Positions 26,958 to 36,682 of a stretch of 64,000 bases of DNA are shown here, piece after piece. Made by a program: the position numbers and the translations under genes. The notes below the pieces were generated by a model, which had not been told where the DNA came from, made no database searches, and saw only the letters and a program-made list of their open reading frames with translations. Numbering within the stretch: the stretch's first letter is position 1; each line of letters starts with the position of its first letter. Source of the DNA: Candidatus Kapaibacterium sp. Lineage in GTDB: Bacteria; Bacteroidota; Ignavibacteria; Kapaibacteriales; Kapaibacteriaceae. The stretch is taken from the NCBI GenBank assembly GCA_044345485.1, contig JBIJAX010000002.1, positions 3,501-67,500 of the forward strand, in the 5' to 3' direction.

Positions 26958-27431
26958 ATGCAAAGCAGTGAACGAACCATACGGACAATCATCACCAACC
27001 GCAAGGCCCTGCACGAATATGAAGTTCTGCAGCGCTTTGAGGCTGGCATTGCCCTGCTCGGCACTGAGGTAAAATCCCTTCGTGCTGGCAAGGTCAATCT
27101 TGCAGACGCCTATGCAATGTTTCCGAGCAGGCAGAACGATGAGTGCTTCCTGTTGGGACTACATATCTCTCCTTACGATTTTGGTAATCGTGAGAATCAC
27201 GAGCCCCTTCGCAAACGTAAACTATTGCTCAAGGCTTATGAGCTCCGCAAAATGCGTGAAGGCATCGAAGAAAAGGGGCTTACGGTTGTGCCGCTCTCTA
27301 TATATTTTTCGGGGCCCTACGTGAAGGTTGAGCTTGGATTGGTCCGCGGCAAGAAATTGTTCGACAAGCGGGCAAGCTCAAAAGAGCGCGATATAAAACG
27401 TGAACTTCAACGCAGGTCTTCCGACGATTAG
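26958..27431 (+). CDS. smpB: SsrA-binding protein SmpB
   Basis: The motifs NRKALHEYEVLQRFEAGIALLGTEVKSLRAGK and RKRKLLL are present, and the C-terminal tail is basic. I set the start at ATG 26958 (MQSSERTI). The track start 26937 is a TTG inside the terminator hairpin. Confidence 0.92.
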   Translation: MQSSERTIRTIITNRKALHEYEVLQRFEAGIALLGTEVKSLRAGKVNLADAYAMFPSRQNDECFLLGLHISPYDFGNRENHEPLRKRKLLLKAYELRKMREGIEEKGLTVVPLSIYFSGPYVKVELGLVRGKKLFDKRASSKERDIKRELQRRSSDD

Positions 27432-27452
27432 ACCGTATCCTACCTACGAACT

Positions 27453-28661
27453 ATGAAAACTCTTCAAGAACAACTTGCGATCATCAAGGAGCATACGGTA
27501 GACCTTCTGCCGGAGGCTGATGTTATCGCAAAGCTCGAACGCAGCATCGCTACCAATAAACCTCTAAGGATCAAGCTCGGACTAGACCCAAGCCGACCCG
27601 ACATACACATTGGGCACGCTGTGGTTCTTCGAAAGTTGCGACAGTTTCAAGACCTAGGGCACGTAGTGGTGCTGATTATTGGAGACTTTACCGCAACGAT
27701 CGGCGATCCTACGGGTAAGTCAAAGACACGTCCAGCTCTTACAATTGAGGAGACTCGACATAACGGCAAGACCTATGTTGATCAAGCATCAAAGATTCTT
27801 GACCTCGAAAAGACAGAAGTGGTCTATAACTCTAGCTGGCTTGATGAATTGAGTTTTCGTGACGTGATTCGTCTCACCTCAAAGTACACCGTTGCTCAGC
27901 TTCTCGAGCGAGATGACTTTACGAAACGCTACAAAGGTGGAGAACCAATTTCCCTTCATGAGTTTATGTATCCTTTGACACAGGCATACGACTCTGTTGC
28001 CGTAAATGCAGACATCGAAATTGGCGGCACAGATCAGAAGTTTAATCTCCTCGTTGGACGAGAAATCATGCGCGGTTCAGGTTTTGAACCTCAATGCATT
28101 CTCACAATGCCAATCCTTGAAGGCACGGATGGCGTTGAGAAGATGAGTAAGTCATTAGATAATTACATCGGCCTTACCGACAGCGCAAAGGATATGTTTG
28201 GAAAGACGATGTCGATTCCTGACAACATGATTCCTCGCTATTTAGAGTACGCATGCTTTGCAACACCATCCGAGGTTGTGTCGGTTACCAAGGGGCTTGC
28301 AGACGGATCATTGCATCCTCGCAATGCGAAAATTGATGTTGCTAAACGCATCGTAGGGCTCTATCATGGCGCAACTGCAGGCGATGATGCACTCGCCGAG
28401 TTTGAACGGGTGTTCGTGAAAAAGGACATTCCAGACGTAATCGAAGAACGTACCCTGCAGTATCTGCAGACAGACATCGTCTCGCTCTTGGTTGACACAG
28501 CAATGTCTGCATCGAAAAGTGAAGCTCGGCGACTTGTAACACAGGGAGGGGTATCGATTGACGCAGTCAAGGTAACAGATCCTTATGCGACAGTTGATAT
28601 AACCGAGCAACGTGTTCTTCGTGTGGGGAAACTCCGTTTCCTTCGAATAATCGGTCAATGA
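27453..28661 (+). CDS. tyrS: tyrosine--tRNA ligase
   Basis: The class I HIGH motif (PDIHIGHAV) and KMSKS motif (EKMSKSLDNY) are both present. A C-terminal S4-like domain is visible (SKSEARRLVTQGGVSIDAVKV). Confidence 0.93.
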   Translation: MKTLQEQLAIIKEHTVDLLPEADVIAKLERSIATNKPLRIKLGLDPSRPDIHIGHAVVLRKLRQFQDLGHVVVLIIGDFTATIGDPTGKSKTRPALTIEETRHNGKTYVDQASKILDLEKTEVVYNSSWLDELSFRDVIRLTSKYTVAQLLERDDFTKRYKGGEPISLHEFMYPLTQAYDSVAVNADIEIGGTDQKFNLLVGREIMRGSGFEPQCILTMPILEGTDGVEKMSKSLDNYIGLTDSAKDMFGKTMSIPDNMIPRYLEYACFATPSEVVSVTKGLADGSLHPRNAKIDVAKRIVGLYHGATAGDDALAEFERVFVKKDIPDVIEERTLQYLQTDIVSLLVDTAMSASKSEARRLVTQGGVSIDAVKVTDPYATVDITEQRVLRVGKLRFLRIIGQ

Positions 28662-29419
28662 ATTGCACTGTTCGCATAGATGAACCTGCTGTGGGTTCAG
28701 CTAACATGCAGGCTGATCTTGATCTGCATGCTCTTGTAGGCAGTGGCAGTCTCGCCGCAGGAATCCGCTTCTACACGTGGGACCCTTGGTGCGTGTCTCT
28801 TGGGAAGCATCAAACCACCGAAAACCTCAACAAAGAGGCACTTAATCACCTCGGTCTCGATCTAGTTCAGCGTCCAACGGGCGGCCGAGCGGTATTGCAT
28901 GCGGAGGAAGTGACGTATTGTATTTGCATTGCAATGCCGGATGCAACGCGCGCACAACAGATATATGCCTCTATTCATGACATGTTGTATTTCGTACTGC
29001 ATCAGATGGCATCTGCGTTATCGCATGCATCTGTATCGACAGACTTTCGGGAACACTATTCATCGCAACAGGCTATCGGTCAGGCCTGCTTCACGAGTCA
29101 TGCAAAAAGCGAGATACTGCTAGGGACCAAGAAGGTAGTTGGATCTGCCCAACGGGTGTTTGATGGCGTTTTGCTACAACACGGTTCAATTCTCTGTGGC
29201 GCGGGCCACGAGCAGCTGGCCCAAGTAATTTCGCACTCACCGCATGAGGCCGATCGAATCACCTCGCTCCTAATGCGAAGCAGCGCCACTATGTCTGAGG
29301 CGGCTGGACATTCAGTATCGAAAAATGATGTCTTGTCCGTCTTTGATCAGAATTCATCGTTCATTCTCGAACGGATGCACGTCATTGCGTCACAGGCGGC
29401 AAGGGGCGAAGCACGCTAA
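28658..29419 (+). CDS. lipoate-protein ligase / octanoyltransferase family protein (BPL_LplA_LipB domain)
   Basis: The motifs RFYTWDPWCVSLGKHQ, VQRPTGGRAVLH and the conserved-lysine segment GTKKVVGSAQRVFDGVLLQHGSI are present. The protein is 253 aa, so it is a catalytic domain only. Confidence 0.7.
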   Translation: MNCTVRIDEPAVGSANMQADLDLHALVGSGSLAAGIRFYTWDPWCVSLGKHQTTENLNKEALNHLGLDLVQRPTGGRAVLHAEEVTYCICIAMPDATRAQQIYASIHDMLYFVLHQMASALSHASVSTDFREHYSSQQAIGQACFTSHAKSEILLGTKKVVGSAQRVFDGVLLQHGSILCGAGHEQLAQVISHSPHEADRITSLLMRSSATMSEAAGHSVSKNDVLSVFDQNSSFILERMHVIASQAARGEAR

Positions 29420-30233
29420 TTCCAAGATTTGTTTCTGTCCTTGAAACATATTCAGATATCGGACCGTCGAGCACAACCTTCTTTTTAACCGACGAAGCAT
29501 GCAGAAAACGAGCTCGTTTCCCCTCTCGAACGATAAGTCCCGTGTGTGAGTAATCGAGCCCCTTCCTTGATGTAGCAATTGCGATGATGTCGCCATCCTG
29601 AAGTTGCGCTTCGATCGATGCAATATCTTCTTTGTGAATGATAGCTCTTGATGTCATGTTCACGCGCTGCTCTATGCTCTGCATGACCGACACAAACTGT
29701 GGGTTTTCGACGAGCGCAGGGTAATACCTTGGATTCTGAGACATAAATCCAAGTGCTAGTGGGAACGGCTTGCCTCCTAACTGGGGGGTTACGTCAACAA
29801 CTGTGCCTTTCTTTATGTTGTTCTCGATCCAGTCAGACGTATAGTGAAGCCGGCTCGTATAGTCCGTCAGCTCGCCGTCCCTGTATCGTGTGTAGGTAAC
29901 GGCGCCAATTAGATCATCAAGTGAATCCTTTCCCTGTTTGATGATGCGGCCCATGTTCAGGGATACTTCGAAAAGGGTTACACAGTCTAATCGCAGCATA
30001 TCAACTGTGCAATGTTCTCTGCCGGGCCCGTCGAGTGTACCACCGACATAGGGCACGTCTAGAAGCTGAAGTCCAACTTTTGCAATCAACTTTCCAATTG
30101 GCAGTGAATCCCATGCGGAATCCTGAACCATCTGCCTCACATCTCGAAACTTCCGCTGCGTTCCATTTTCCGACATGCCTGCAGCACAGTGCTGGAACAG
30201 AATCCCAGCTATGAGGATCACGATCATTCGCAT
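29382..30233 (-). CDS. DUF1460-like (amidase-like) secreted protein
   Basis: A signal peptide is present if translation starts at M15 (MRMIVILIAGILFQHCAAG). The segments DVPYVGGTLDGPGREHCTVDMLRLDCVTLFE and YTSRLHYTSDWIENN resemble the DUF1460 family. This assignment is from memory only. Confidence 0.55.
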   Translation of the reverse strand: MRMIVILIAGILFQHCAAGMSENGTQRKFRDVRQMVQDSAWDSLPIGKLIAKVGLQLLDVPYVGGTLDGPGREHCTVDMLRLDCVTLFEVSLNMGRIIKQGKDSLDDLIGAVTYTRYRDGELTDYTSRLHYTSDWIENNIKKGTVVDVTPQLGGKPFPLALGFMSQNPRYYPALVENPQFVSVMQSIEQRVNMTSRAIIHKEDIASIEAQLQDGDIIAIATSRKGLDYSHTGLIVREGKRARFLHASSVKKKVVLDGPISEYVSRTETNLGISVLRPLPPVTQ

Positions 30234-30240
30234 CGTGTGA

Positions 30241-32013
30241 CTACCCTTCCACATTTGTTGCAATGCCAAGATCATTCAGCTGCTTTCCATCAATACCAGA
30301 AGGGCATCCATCCATAAGTGAAAGTCCTGATGTTGTCTTCGGAAACGCAATCACATCGCGAATGTTATCCGTTCCACATAACAGCATCACTAGGCGGTCA
30401 AATCCAAATGCAATTCCTCCGTGTGGAGGCGCACCATATGTAAGAGCATCCAACAGGAAGCCGAACTTAGCACTTGCATCCTCGCGTGAAAAGCCCAACA
30501 AATCAAACATGCGCTGTTGTACGGCGTTCGTATGAATCCGAACCGAACCGCCAGCCACCTCATATCCATTGATGATCAAATCATGTGCTAACGCCCTGGC
30601 TCGGGAAGGATCTGTAGCCAGGAGCTCAACATCGTCATTCATTGGTGAGGTAAATGGGTGGTGCCTCGCAATCCAGCGCTCTTCTTCCTCGCTGTATTCC
30701 AGCAACGGAAACTCCGTAACCCAGTGGAATGAGTAGGTGCCCTTAAGCGAATCAAGTATTCCAGTTCTGCGGGCAATTTCGGTGCGGAGTGCACCGGCAA
30801 TGGTGCAGGAGCGTTCCCACTCTCCTGGGACAAACAGCACGAGATCACCGTCCTCTGCCTGCGTGTGAGAAAGCAGTGCAGCGGCCTGTTCTTGGCTAAC
30901 TGCCTTGAGGAACGATCCCGTTACCTCGCCGTTGAGCTTTTTCAGCCATGGTAGCCCCTTAGCTCCATACTTTTTCGCGTGCTCGGTAAGTTCATCGATC
31001 TGCTTCCGTGAGAACGATGCACAGCCCTTTGCGTTGAGCGCCATGACGCTCCCACCCGTGGCGACAGCATCACGAAAAATTGAGAAATCGGTTGTGCTGG
31101 AAATCTCCGTGGCGTTGACAAGCTTGAGATCATAGCGTATGTCAGGCTTGTCCGAGCCATAAGTTTCCATTGCATGATGGAAGCTCATTCTCGGAAATGA
31201 TTCTGGTGTTTGATAATCAAGAATTTCCTTCCACGCTCTCTGAACGAACCGCTCAGTTAGGCCTAGAATATCTTCCTGCTGGATAAACGACATTTCAACG
31301 TCGATCTGCGTGAATTCAGGCTGACGGTCGGCTCGGAGATCTTCGTCACGGAAGCACTTGACGATCTGCATGTATTTGTCAAATCCGGAAACCATCAGAA
31401 GTTGTTTAAACAGCTGAGGAGACTGAGGCAGCGCGTAAAACCGACCCTTGTTAATCCGACTTGGCACCAAGAAGTCTCGCGCGCCTTCCGGTGTTGACTT
31501 CGTTAACACCGGTGTTTCAACTTCAAGGAAACCCTCGTCTTCGAAGAATCTGTGCGTAATCTGATACAACTTGTTTCGAACGAGGAAGTTCTTCTGAAGC
31601 ACAGGTCTGCGCAAATCCAGGTAGCGGTGCTTTAGGCGCAGCTCTTCGTTGGTACCGAGGTCATCAACGATCTCGAACGGTGGCACTTCTGCCGGATTAA
31701 TGATACCTACTTCTGAAGCAAGGATTTCGATCAGACCGGTTGGAATACGCGGGTTGGGATTCTCCCGCATCCGCACATTGCCGCGGACCCATAGAACATA
31801 CTCGGCACGAACCTCGTGGATCTGTTGGGCAATCTCGGGAGTGTGGGCCGAATCAACAACAACCTGCGTTACCCCTTCTCTGTCTCGCAGATCAATGAAG
31901 ATTACGCCGCCATAGTCACGTCGTGCATTGACCCATCCGTTGAGTGTAACAGTCTGTCCGTCATGAGCAGGACGCAGAGCCCCACAGGTTATCGTTCGTT
32001 GTTCAAAGTTCAT
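30241..32013 (-). CDS. aspS: aspartate--tRNA ligase
   Basis: The ORF is 590 aa. It has an N-terminal OB-fold (VTLNGWVNARRDYGGVIFIDLRDREGVTQVV) and class II motifs (FRDEDLRADRQPEFTQID and GGIAFGFDRLVMLL). Confidence 0.95.
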   Translation of the reverse strand: MNFEQRTITCGALRPAHDGQTVTLNGWVNARRDYGGVIFIDLRDREGVTQVVVDSAHTPEIAQQIHEVRAEYVLWVRGNVRMRENPNPRIPTGLIEILASEVGIINPAEVPPFEIVDDLGTNEELRLKHRYLDLRRPVLQKNFLVRNKLYQITHRFFEDEGFLEVETPVLTKSTPEGARDFLVPSRINKGRFYALPQSPQLFKQLLMVSGFDKYMQIVKCFRDEDLRADRQPEFTQIDVEMSFIQQEDILGLTERFVQRAWKEILDYQTPESFPRMSFHHAMETYGSDKPDIRYDLKLVNATEISSTTDFSIFRDAVATGGSVMALNAKGCASFSRKQIDELTEHAKKYGAKGLPWLKKLNGEVTGSFLKAVSQEQAAALLSHTQAEDGDLVLFVPGEWERSCTIAGALRTEIARRTGILDSLKGTYSFHWVTEFPLLEYSEEEERWIARHHPFTSPMNDDVELLATDPSRARALAHDLIINGYEVAGGSVRIHTNAVQQRMFDLLGFSREDASAKFGFLLDALTYGAPPHGGIAFGFDRLVMLLCGTDNIRDVIAFPKTTSGLSLMDGCPSGIDGKQLNDLGIATNVEG

Positions 32014-32059
32014 ACGAGAAACAAAAAGGTGTTACTACCGGCAATTTACCAAAGCCATA

Positions 32060-33049
32060 CTAGCGAGATATCATCGCTATGACTTTATCGGCGATGATAC
32101 CTGGTGAGATTGCGGCTAACGATGAACCGTCTGTGATCACTGGATCACAGTACGTTTTATACGGCAGCCAGTTGAGAAAACCTCTGTGGTCGCGCGAGAA
32201 CAACACAACACACGGTATGTTATGCGCTGCCGCAACATGTATAGCAGCCGTATCAGGGCTTAGAAGCCAATCACATGATGCAATGGCAGCAGCAAAGTGC
32301 TGATACGTTGGACCGGGCTGCACGTATACGGCCCCAGTCTGCTCTGCAACATACCTCGCCGTACCTTCTTCAGAGGGGGCAGACAGCACCACAATGGCAA
32401 CATCTGTAATATGCGCTGCTATCATCCGCATGGCTTCTATCATTGCCTCGGCAGGATACATTCTGTCTACAGATGAGCCAGATATCTGAACACCAAGAAC
32501 CTTTTTCGACGGACCACGGCGCACCTTTGACGAGACCACATCGATGATCCCTTCTTCTGGTTCAACGATAGGTCTGCGGTCATGTTCAGAGACCAAGAAC
32601 CCTAGGGGCCGAGTCAGATCGCATAGCACGTCTACAATGTGGCGTACAGATCTGTCCCCCTGCGGCACAGCATGCGTCGTTGCCTGATCTCGTCCGGTTT
32701 CTAATGCGATACAGTTGGTGGCTCTCGCAGCACGTCGAAGCATCACAGACGTTGTCGATGCGGTATGGTTAAGATCAATGACGAGATCATAGCGTTCACG
32801 GCGTAAGGTAACAAGCAGTGCAGCTAGTGCTGGAAGTGACTTCCTGAGCACCACAACCTTATTCACACACTGTCGCAGGGCAAAGTCCGCAGCGATATTG
32901 TTTCTCGATACCAGAAAATGTATCTCTGCGTTAGGGTAGCGATTGCGTACTGCCCGCACTACAGGCGTGGATACAAAGACATCGCCAATGCGATCCTGTC
33001 GAAGAAACAAGATCTTGGGAGTATCAGGGAGTACTATCGGTGCGGACAT
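32060..33049 (-). CDS. glycosyltransferase family 9 (heptosyltransferase-like)
   Basis: The N-terminal segment ILFLRQDRIGDVFVSTPVVRAVRNRYPNAEIHFLV and the C-terminal segment LLSPDTAAIHVAAAHNIPCVVLF are typical of GT9. Confidence 0.75.
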   Translation of the reverse strand: MSAPIVLPDTPKILFLRQDRIGDVFVSTPVVRAVRNRYPNAEIHFLVSRNNIAADFALRQCVNKVVVLRKSLPALAALLVTLRRERYDLVIDLNHTASTTSVMLRRAARATNCIALETGRDQATTHAVPQGDRSVRHIVDVLCDLTRPLGFLVSEHDRRPIVEPEEGIIDVVSSKVRRGPSKKVLGVQISGSSVDRMYPAEAMIEAMRMIAAHITDVAIVVLSAPSEEGTARYVAEQTGAVYVQPGPTYQHFAAAIASCDWLLSPDTAAIHVAAAHNIPCVVLFSRDHRGFLNWLPYKTYCDPVITDGSSLAAISPGIIADKVIAMISR

Positions 33050-34185
33050 GACCTATACGCCTGAACTGTTAACTCAGCTGTGGTGCCCCATGAGAACTGT
33101 TTGCTTCGTGTCAACCCCTTGATCTTTAGATCCCCATACACAGATTCGCTACCGAGTACCATCTGCATCGAGCTACGCACTTCTTCCATGTTGCTTGGGC
33201 TAACGTAGAGCGCTGCATCCCCTCCTACTTCTGGCATCGAGGTGGCATTTGACGTTATAACTGGACATCCACATTGCATTGCCTCAAGGATAGGCAACCC
33301 AAAGCCCTCTGCTTGAGAGGCAAACACCATTGCTCGCGCATTACTGAGGATTTCAACCATTTCCTCAGTCGTAACTGAAGTGAGAAATCGAACTGATGAA
33401 TCGACCTCTAACTTATGATCATGGAGAAACCTCTGAACATCTGCGTCTGTGCGATCCGTGATAACAAGGAACTGCGAGCCACTGCGTGTGTTACGATCGA
33501 GTGATAGCCATGCCGAGAGTATCACGTCGAGATTCTTGCGGGCAACGTCGATTCGTCCGACAAAAACCATATAGCGTTCCGGAAGGTTGTACCGCAGACG
33601 CACGGCTGAACTGAGTTCAGTTGGCCTAAACCGGCTGCCGGCGGCAAGGGGCGTCACGGTTACCGGGCCCTGATACCATGGGAACCGCTCATAAACAGTA
33701 TCTGCAACCCACTGTGACGGACACACAACCGCATCTGAGTGGCGCAGCTGCCGCTCAATCATGCGAGGAAATCGATAGCGCAATCCAGCATCCACTGAAA
33801 ACGTATCATAGAGTGGAATCAGATCATGAACTGTTGAAACCGCACGACTATGGTTCGCGAAAATCTTCTGTGGTCCGAGATAATGTAAAACATCATCGCT
33901 CGAAAACAAACCGCGTATCTCACGTGCTTTCCAGAGACGGACAAGTCTACGCAACGGGGCTCCCAATGCCCGTTCATGTGTCAGTGAGAGCTCCGTATCA
34001 ACGGGCAGTGTTCCATGAAACAACGATAACAGCTCATCCCGTTGATTTCGTGTTCCGACAAGATGCGTAGACACATCCGCGCGCCGTGACATCTGCAGCA
34101 AGAGCTCTCGTGAATACCGTGCGATACCGTTGCGCCCGAATATGGAGCTGATATCGTAGCCGACTGAGAGATGCGATTCGGACAT
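33034..34185 (-). CDS. glycosyltransferase family 4 (GT-B), paralog B
   Basis: The GT4 C-terminal signature is present (FASQAEGFGLPILEAMQCGCPVITSNATSMPEVGGDAALYV). I set the start at ATG 34185 (MSESHL), which overlaps the upstream TAA as TAATG. Confidence 0.8.
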   Translation of the reverse strand: MSESHLSVGYDISSIFGRNGIARYSRELLLQMSRRADVSTHLVGTRNQRDELLSLFHGTLPVDTELSLTHERALGAPLRRLVRLWKAREIRGLFSSDDVLHYLGPQKIFANHSRAVSTVHDLIPLYDTFSVDAGLRYRFPRMIERQLRHSDAVVCPSQWVADTVYERFPWYQGPVTVTPLAAGSRFRPTELSSAVRLRYNLPERYMVFVGRIDVARKNLDVILSAWLSLDRNTRSGSQFLVITDRTDADVQRFLHDHKLEVDSSVRFLTSVTTEEMVEILSNARAMVFASQAEGFGLPILEAMQCGCPVITSNATSMPEVGGDAALYVSPSNMEEVRSSMQMVLGSESVYGDLKIKGLTRSKQFSWGTTAELTVQAYRSCPHR

Positions 34186-35318
34186 TACATGACCGATGAA
34201 TAGACGTCGAGTGTTTTCCGCGCTGTTTCGTGCCATGTAAACTGTTGAGCATGCAGTATCCCACGTTGTCTTAAATCCGCTACTGCATCGTCATCGATGA
34301 GGCACTTCTGCATGGCATTGGCAATTGAATCAACATCATTGGGATCTACATACAATGCAGCATCGCCCCCTACCTCCGGCAGCGAGGTGGTGTTCGATGC
34401 AATTACAGGGCATCCGCACTTCATGGCTTCGATCACTGGGAGCCCAAAGCCCTCACCAAGTGTTGCGAACACGAGAGCTCGGGAGGCAGACAAAAGCTGG
34501 ATCATTTCGCTAGACGGCACCTCGTAGATCAGTCTGATCGACGGATCGGATAACACGTCGTGGTGCTCTTTCTTGAGTTTCTCGAGTGAGGCTGGATCTC
34601 CTGCCAGAAGAAGCACAAACTGCGTCTGGGATCTCAGTTCAGGGGACAGCGATGCCCATGCCCTCAGCATTCGAGGAATATTCTTGCGAGGGTCTACCCT
34701 GCCGACGAAAAGTATGAACCGATCATGTATAGCGTGCTTCCTGCGAACATGATCTGACAGTTCCGTCGGGGTAAAGGCATCACTGGCAGCCAATGGTGTA
34801 ACCGCAATTGGGCCCTTATACCAGGGGAACGACTCACGAATTGTACCGGCTACATACGAAGACGGACAAAGAACAGCTGACGCAGCCCTGAGTTGACGGT
34901 CAATCCTGCCGGGAAACCTTCTCTGCATATCAGCACTGAGACCAAACGACGAATCCATCGGAAACAGGTCGTGAATGGTAACAACCACCGGTGGTCCAGA
35001 CGGTACGAATTTGGTGGGCCCCAGCATATGCACGACATCGACGTCGCGAACAGCCCTGGAGAAACGGCGACGTTGAACAGAGCGCATCAGCAACCGTAAT
35101 GGCGCTCCAAGTAGCCTCTCGTGCGGTATGACGGACCGCGTGTCTACGTTTGAAAGATGCCTAAAATACTCCTTGGTTGCTCCACCGTACTCCGTGCCGG
35201 AGACTAACCGCAGTTCATAAGAATCTGCGCACATAGCGACATGCTTGATAAGCTCACGTGCATACCGCTCGATACCGCTACGGCCTAGAAGCAGGATGGC
35301 ATCATAGGCGATCTTCAT
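34185..35318 (-). CDS. glycosyltransferase family 4 (GT-B), paralog A
   Basis: The GT4 signature is present (FATLGEGFGLPVIEAMKCGCPVIASNTTSLPEVGGDAALYV). The protein is colinear with the downstream paralog. The first M in the track is a GTG, so I used ATG 35318. Confidence 0.8.
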   Translation of the reverse strand: MKIAYDAILLLGRSGIERYARELIKHVAMCADSYELRLVSGTEYGGATKEYFRHLSNVDTRSVIPHERLLGAPLRLLMRSVQRRRFSRAVRDVDVVHMLGPTKFVPSGPPVVVTIHDLFPMDSSFGLSADMQRRFPGRIDRQLRAASAVLCPSSYVAGTIRESFPWYKGPIAVTPLAASDAFTPTELSDHVRRKHAIHDRFILFVGRVDPRKNIPRMLRAWASLSPELRSQTQFVLLLAGDPASLEKLKKEHHDVLSDPSIRLIYEVPSSEMIQLLSASRALVFATLGEGFGLPVIEAMKCGCPVIASNTTSLPEVGGDAALYVDPNDVDSIANAMQKCLIDDDAVADLRQRGILHAQQFTWHETARKTLDVYSSVM

Positions 35319-35336
35319 CACTGCCCTATGTGGTTG

Positions 35337-35630
35337 TTAGGCAATTTCATTTGCTACATCGTAGCGAACGTCCTTCGCAAGAGAGTAAATCTTCTCAAGT
35401 GAGGCAGAGATTGGCGCTGTTGCCTCAGGATCGTCGGATGCCTCGTACGATTCGGCAGATGGGAACACATACACTTCTTGAAAGTGATTATGCTTTCCTT
35501 TTACCTCGTACAGAGAAAACTCAACGTCTGTATTCGCATAAAATGAACGAACGTTCGCGATTGCATTCAGATAATCCCCGCGCTTGCCGTCGGCAATCGA
35601 GTATGTGACGCTGAAATGGACTCTTGCCAT
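35337..35630 (-). CDS. hypothetical 97-aa protein
   Basis: This is a clean ATG ORF in the same orientation as its neighbours. The spacing of secondary-structure-like segments suggests a ferredoxin-like beta-alpha-beta fold, but I recognise no motif. Confidence 0.4.
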   Translation of the reverse strand: MARVHFSVTYSIADGKRGDYLNAIANVRSFYANTDVEFSLYEVKGKHNHFQEVYVFPSAESYEASDDPEATAPISASLEKIYSLAKDVRYDVANEIA

Positions 35631-35706
35631 GTGCAGACCCTAGTGAGAATAATGAGCGCAAAAATACGATTCGTGTTGCGCGAGTAAGCGCAAACTTTTC
35701 AACAAC

Positions 35707-36678
35707 CTAGAACGAACATACCTGCCGAATCGTGTGTGCGATTTTTTCGGCATTTGGAAGAACAGCCTTCTCTAAGGTAGGTGCAAATGGCGTAGGACTA
35801 TCAAATGCCGCAACACGTTTGACGGGTGCATCCAACCACTGAAAAGCTTTGTCGGCAATTCTCGCTGCGATCTCACCACCAAAACCCGCGGTAAGAACGG
35901 CCTCATGGGCAACAACAGCTCTACCGGTTTTCTTAACTGATTCCAGCACTGACTCTTCATCAAATGGCACGAGCGTGCGGATATCAACAATCTCAACCTC
36001 GATGCCTTCGGCTGCAAGGATGTCAGCAGCTTCCAGTGCCATGTGCACTGCAGATCCATATGCGATCACCGAACAGTGTGCACCCGGGCGCACAGTACGC
36101 GCTTTGCCAAGTGGAACGATATACTCGCCCTCCGGCACTTCTCCCTTGATCTTGCGATACAGCCCTTTGTGCTCAAAGAACACCACAGGGTCGTTATCCC
36201 GAATAGAGGCCATCATCAGCCCCTTGGCATCATCTGGAAATGCAGGGCAAACAACTTTGAGTCCGGTAGCGTGAGCAAACCATGCTTCAGAGTTGCGGCT
36301 ATGGAAAGGATTAGCTCCAACACCGCCACCTGATGGACCTCTGACAACCATTGGTACAGGGAGAGACCATCGATACGCCGTTGTGCCGGCAACCGTTACA
36401 AGTTGGTTAAAGCCGTTGGTAATGAAATCCATAAACTGCATCTCAGCAATTGGCCTCATACCATTTAAAGAAGCTCCGATGGCGGCACCGATGATTGCAG
36501 TCTCTGAGATTGGCGCATCGATGATGCGATTTGAACCGAACTCGTCAAGAAAGCCTTTCGTGAGCTTAAAGGCGCCCCCGTAGGTACCGATATCCTCGCC
36601 AATCATGATTACGGATTCGTCTCTGCGCATCTCAACGCGCATTGCATCGGCGATTGCCTCTAGGTAGGTCATTATCAT
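35707..36678 (-). CDS. 2-oxoacid (pyruvate/branched-chain) dehydrogenase E1 component, beta subunit
   Basis: It has a transketolase-like pyrimidine-binding domain and C-terminal domain (IMIGEDIGTYGGAFKLTKGF, NRIIDAPISETAIIGAAIG, VVFFEHKGLY). Confidence 0.88.
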   Translation of the reverse strand: MIMTYLEAIADAMRVEMRRDESVIMIGEDIGTYGGAFKLTKGFLDEFGSNRIIDAPISETAIIGAAIGASLNGMRPIAEMQFMDFITNGFNQLVTVAGTTAYRWSLPVPMVVRGPSGGGVGANPFHSRNSEAWFAHATGLKVVCPAFPDDAKGLMMASIRDNDPVVFFEHKGLYRKIKGEVPEGEYIVPLGKARTVRPGAHCSVIAYGSAVHMALEAADILAAEGIEVEIVDIRTLVPFDEESVLESVKKTGRAVVAHEAVLTAGFGGEIAARIADKAFQWLDAPVKRVAAFDSPTPFAPTLEKAVLPNAEKIAHTIRQVCSF

Positions 36679-36682
36679 CGTT

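Noticed and set aside
26489-27097. A 202-aa minus-strand ORF spanning the mutS 5' end, the tRNA-Ser gene and the start of smpB.
   Set aside because: It overlaps a bona fide tRNA and two well-supported genes. It has no recognisable motifs. It is a typical antisense shadow ORF.
35631-35706. GCGCAA/TTGCGC inverted repeats between the E1 beta gene and the 97-aa ORF, considered as a terminator.
   Set aside because: The stems are only 6 bp, several alternative pairings are possible, and no adjacent U-tract is in the right position. This is not convincing.
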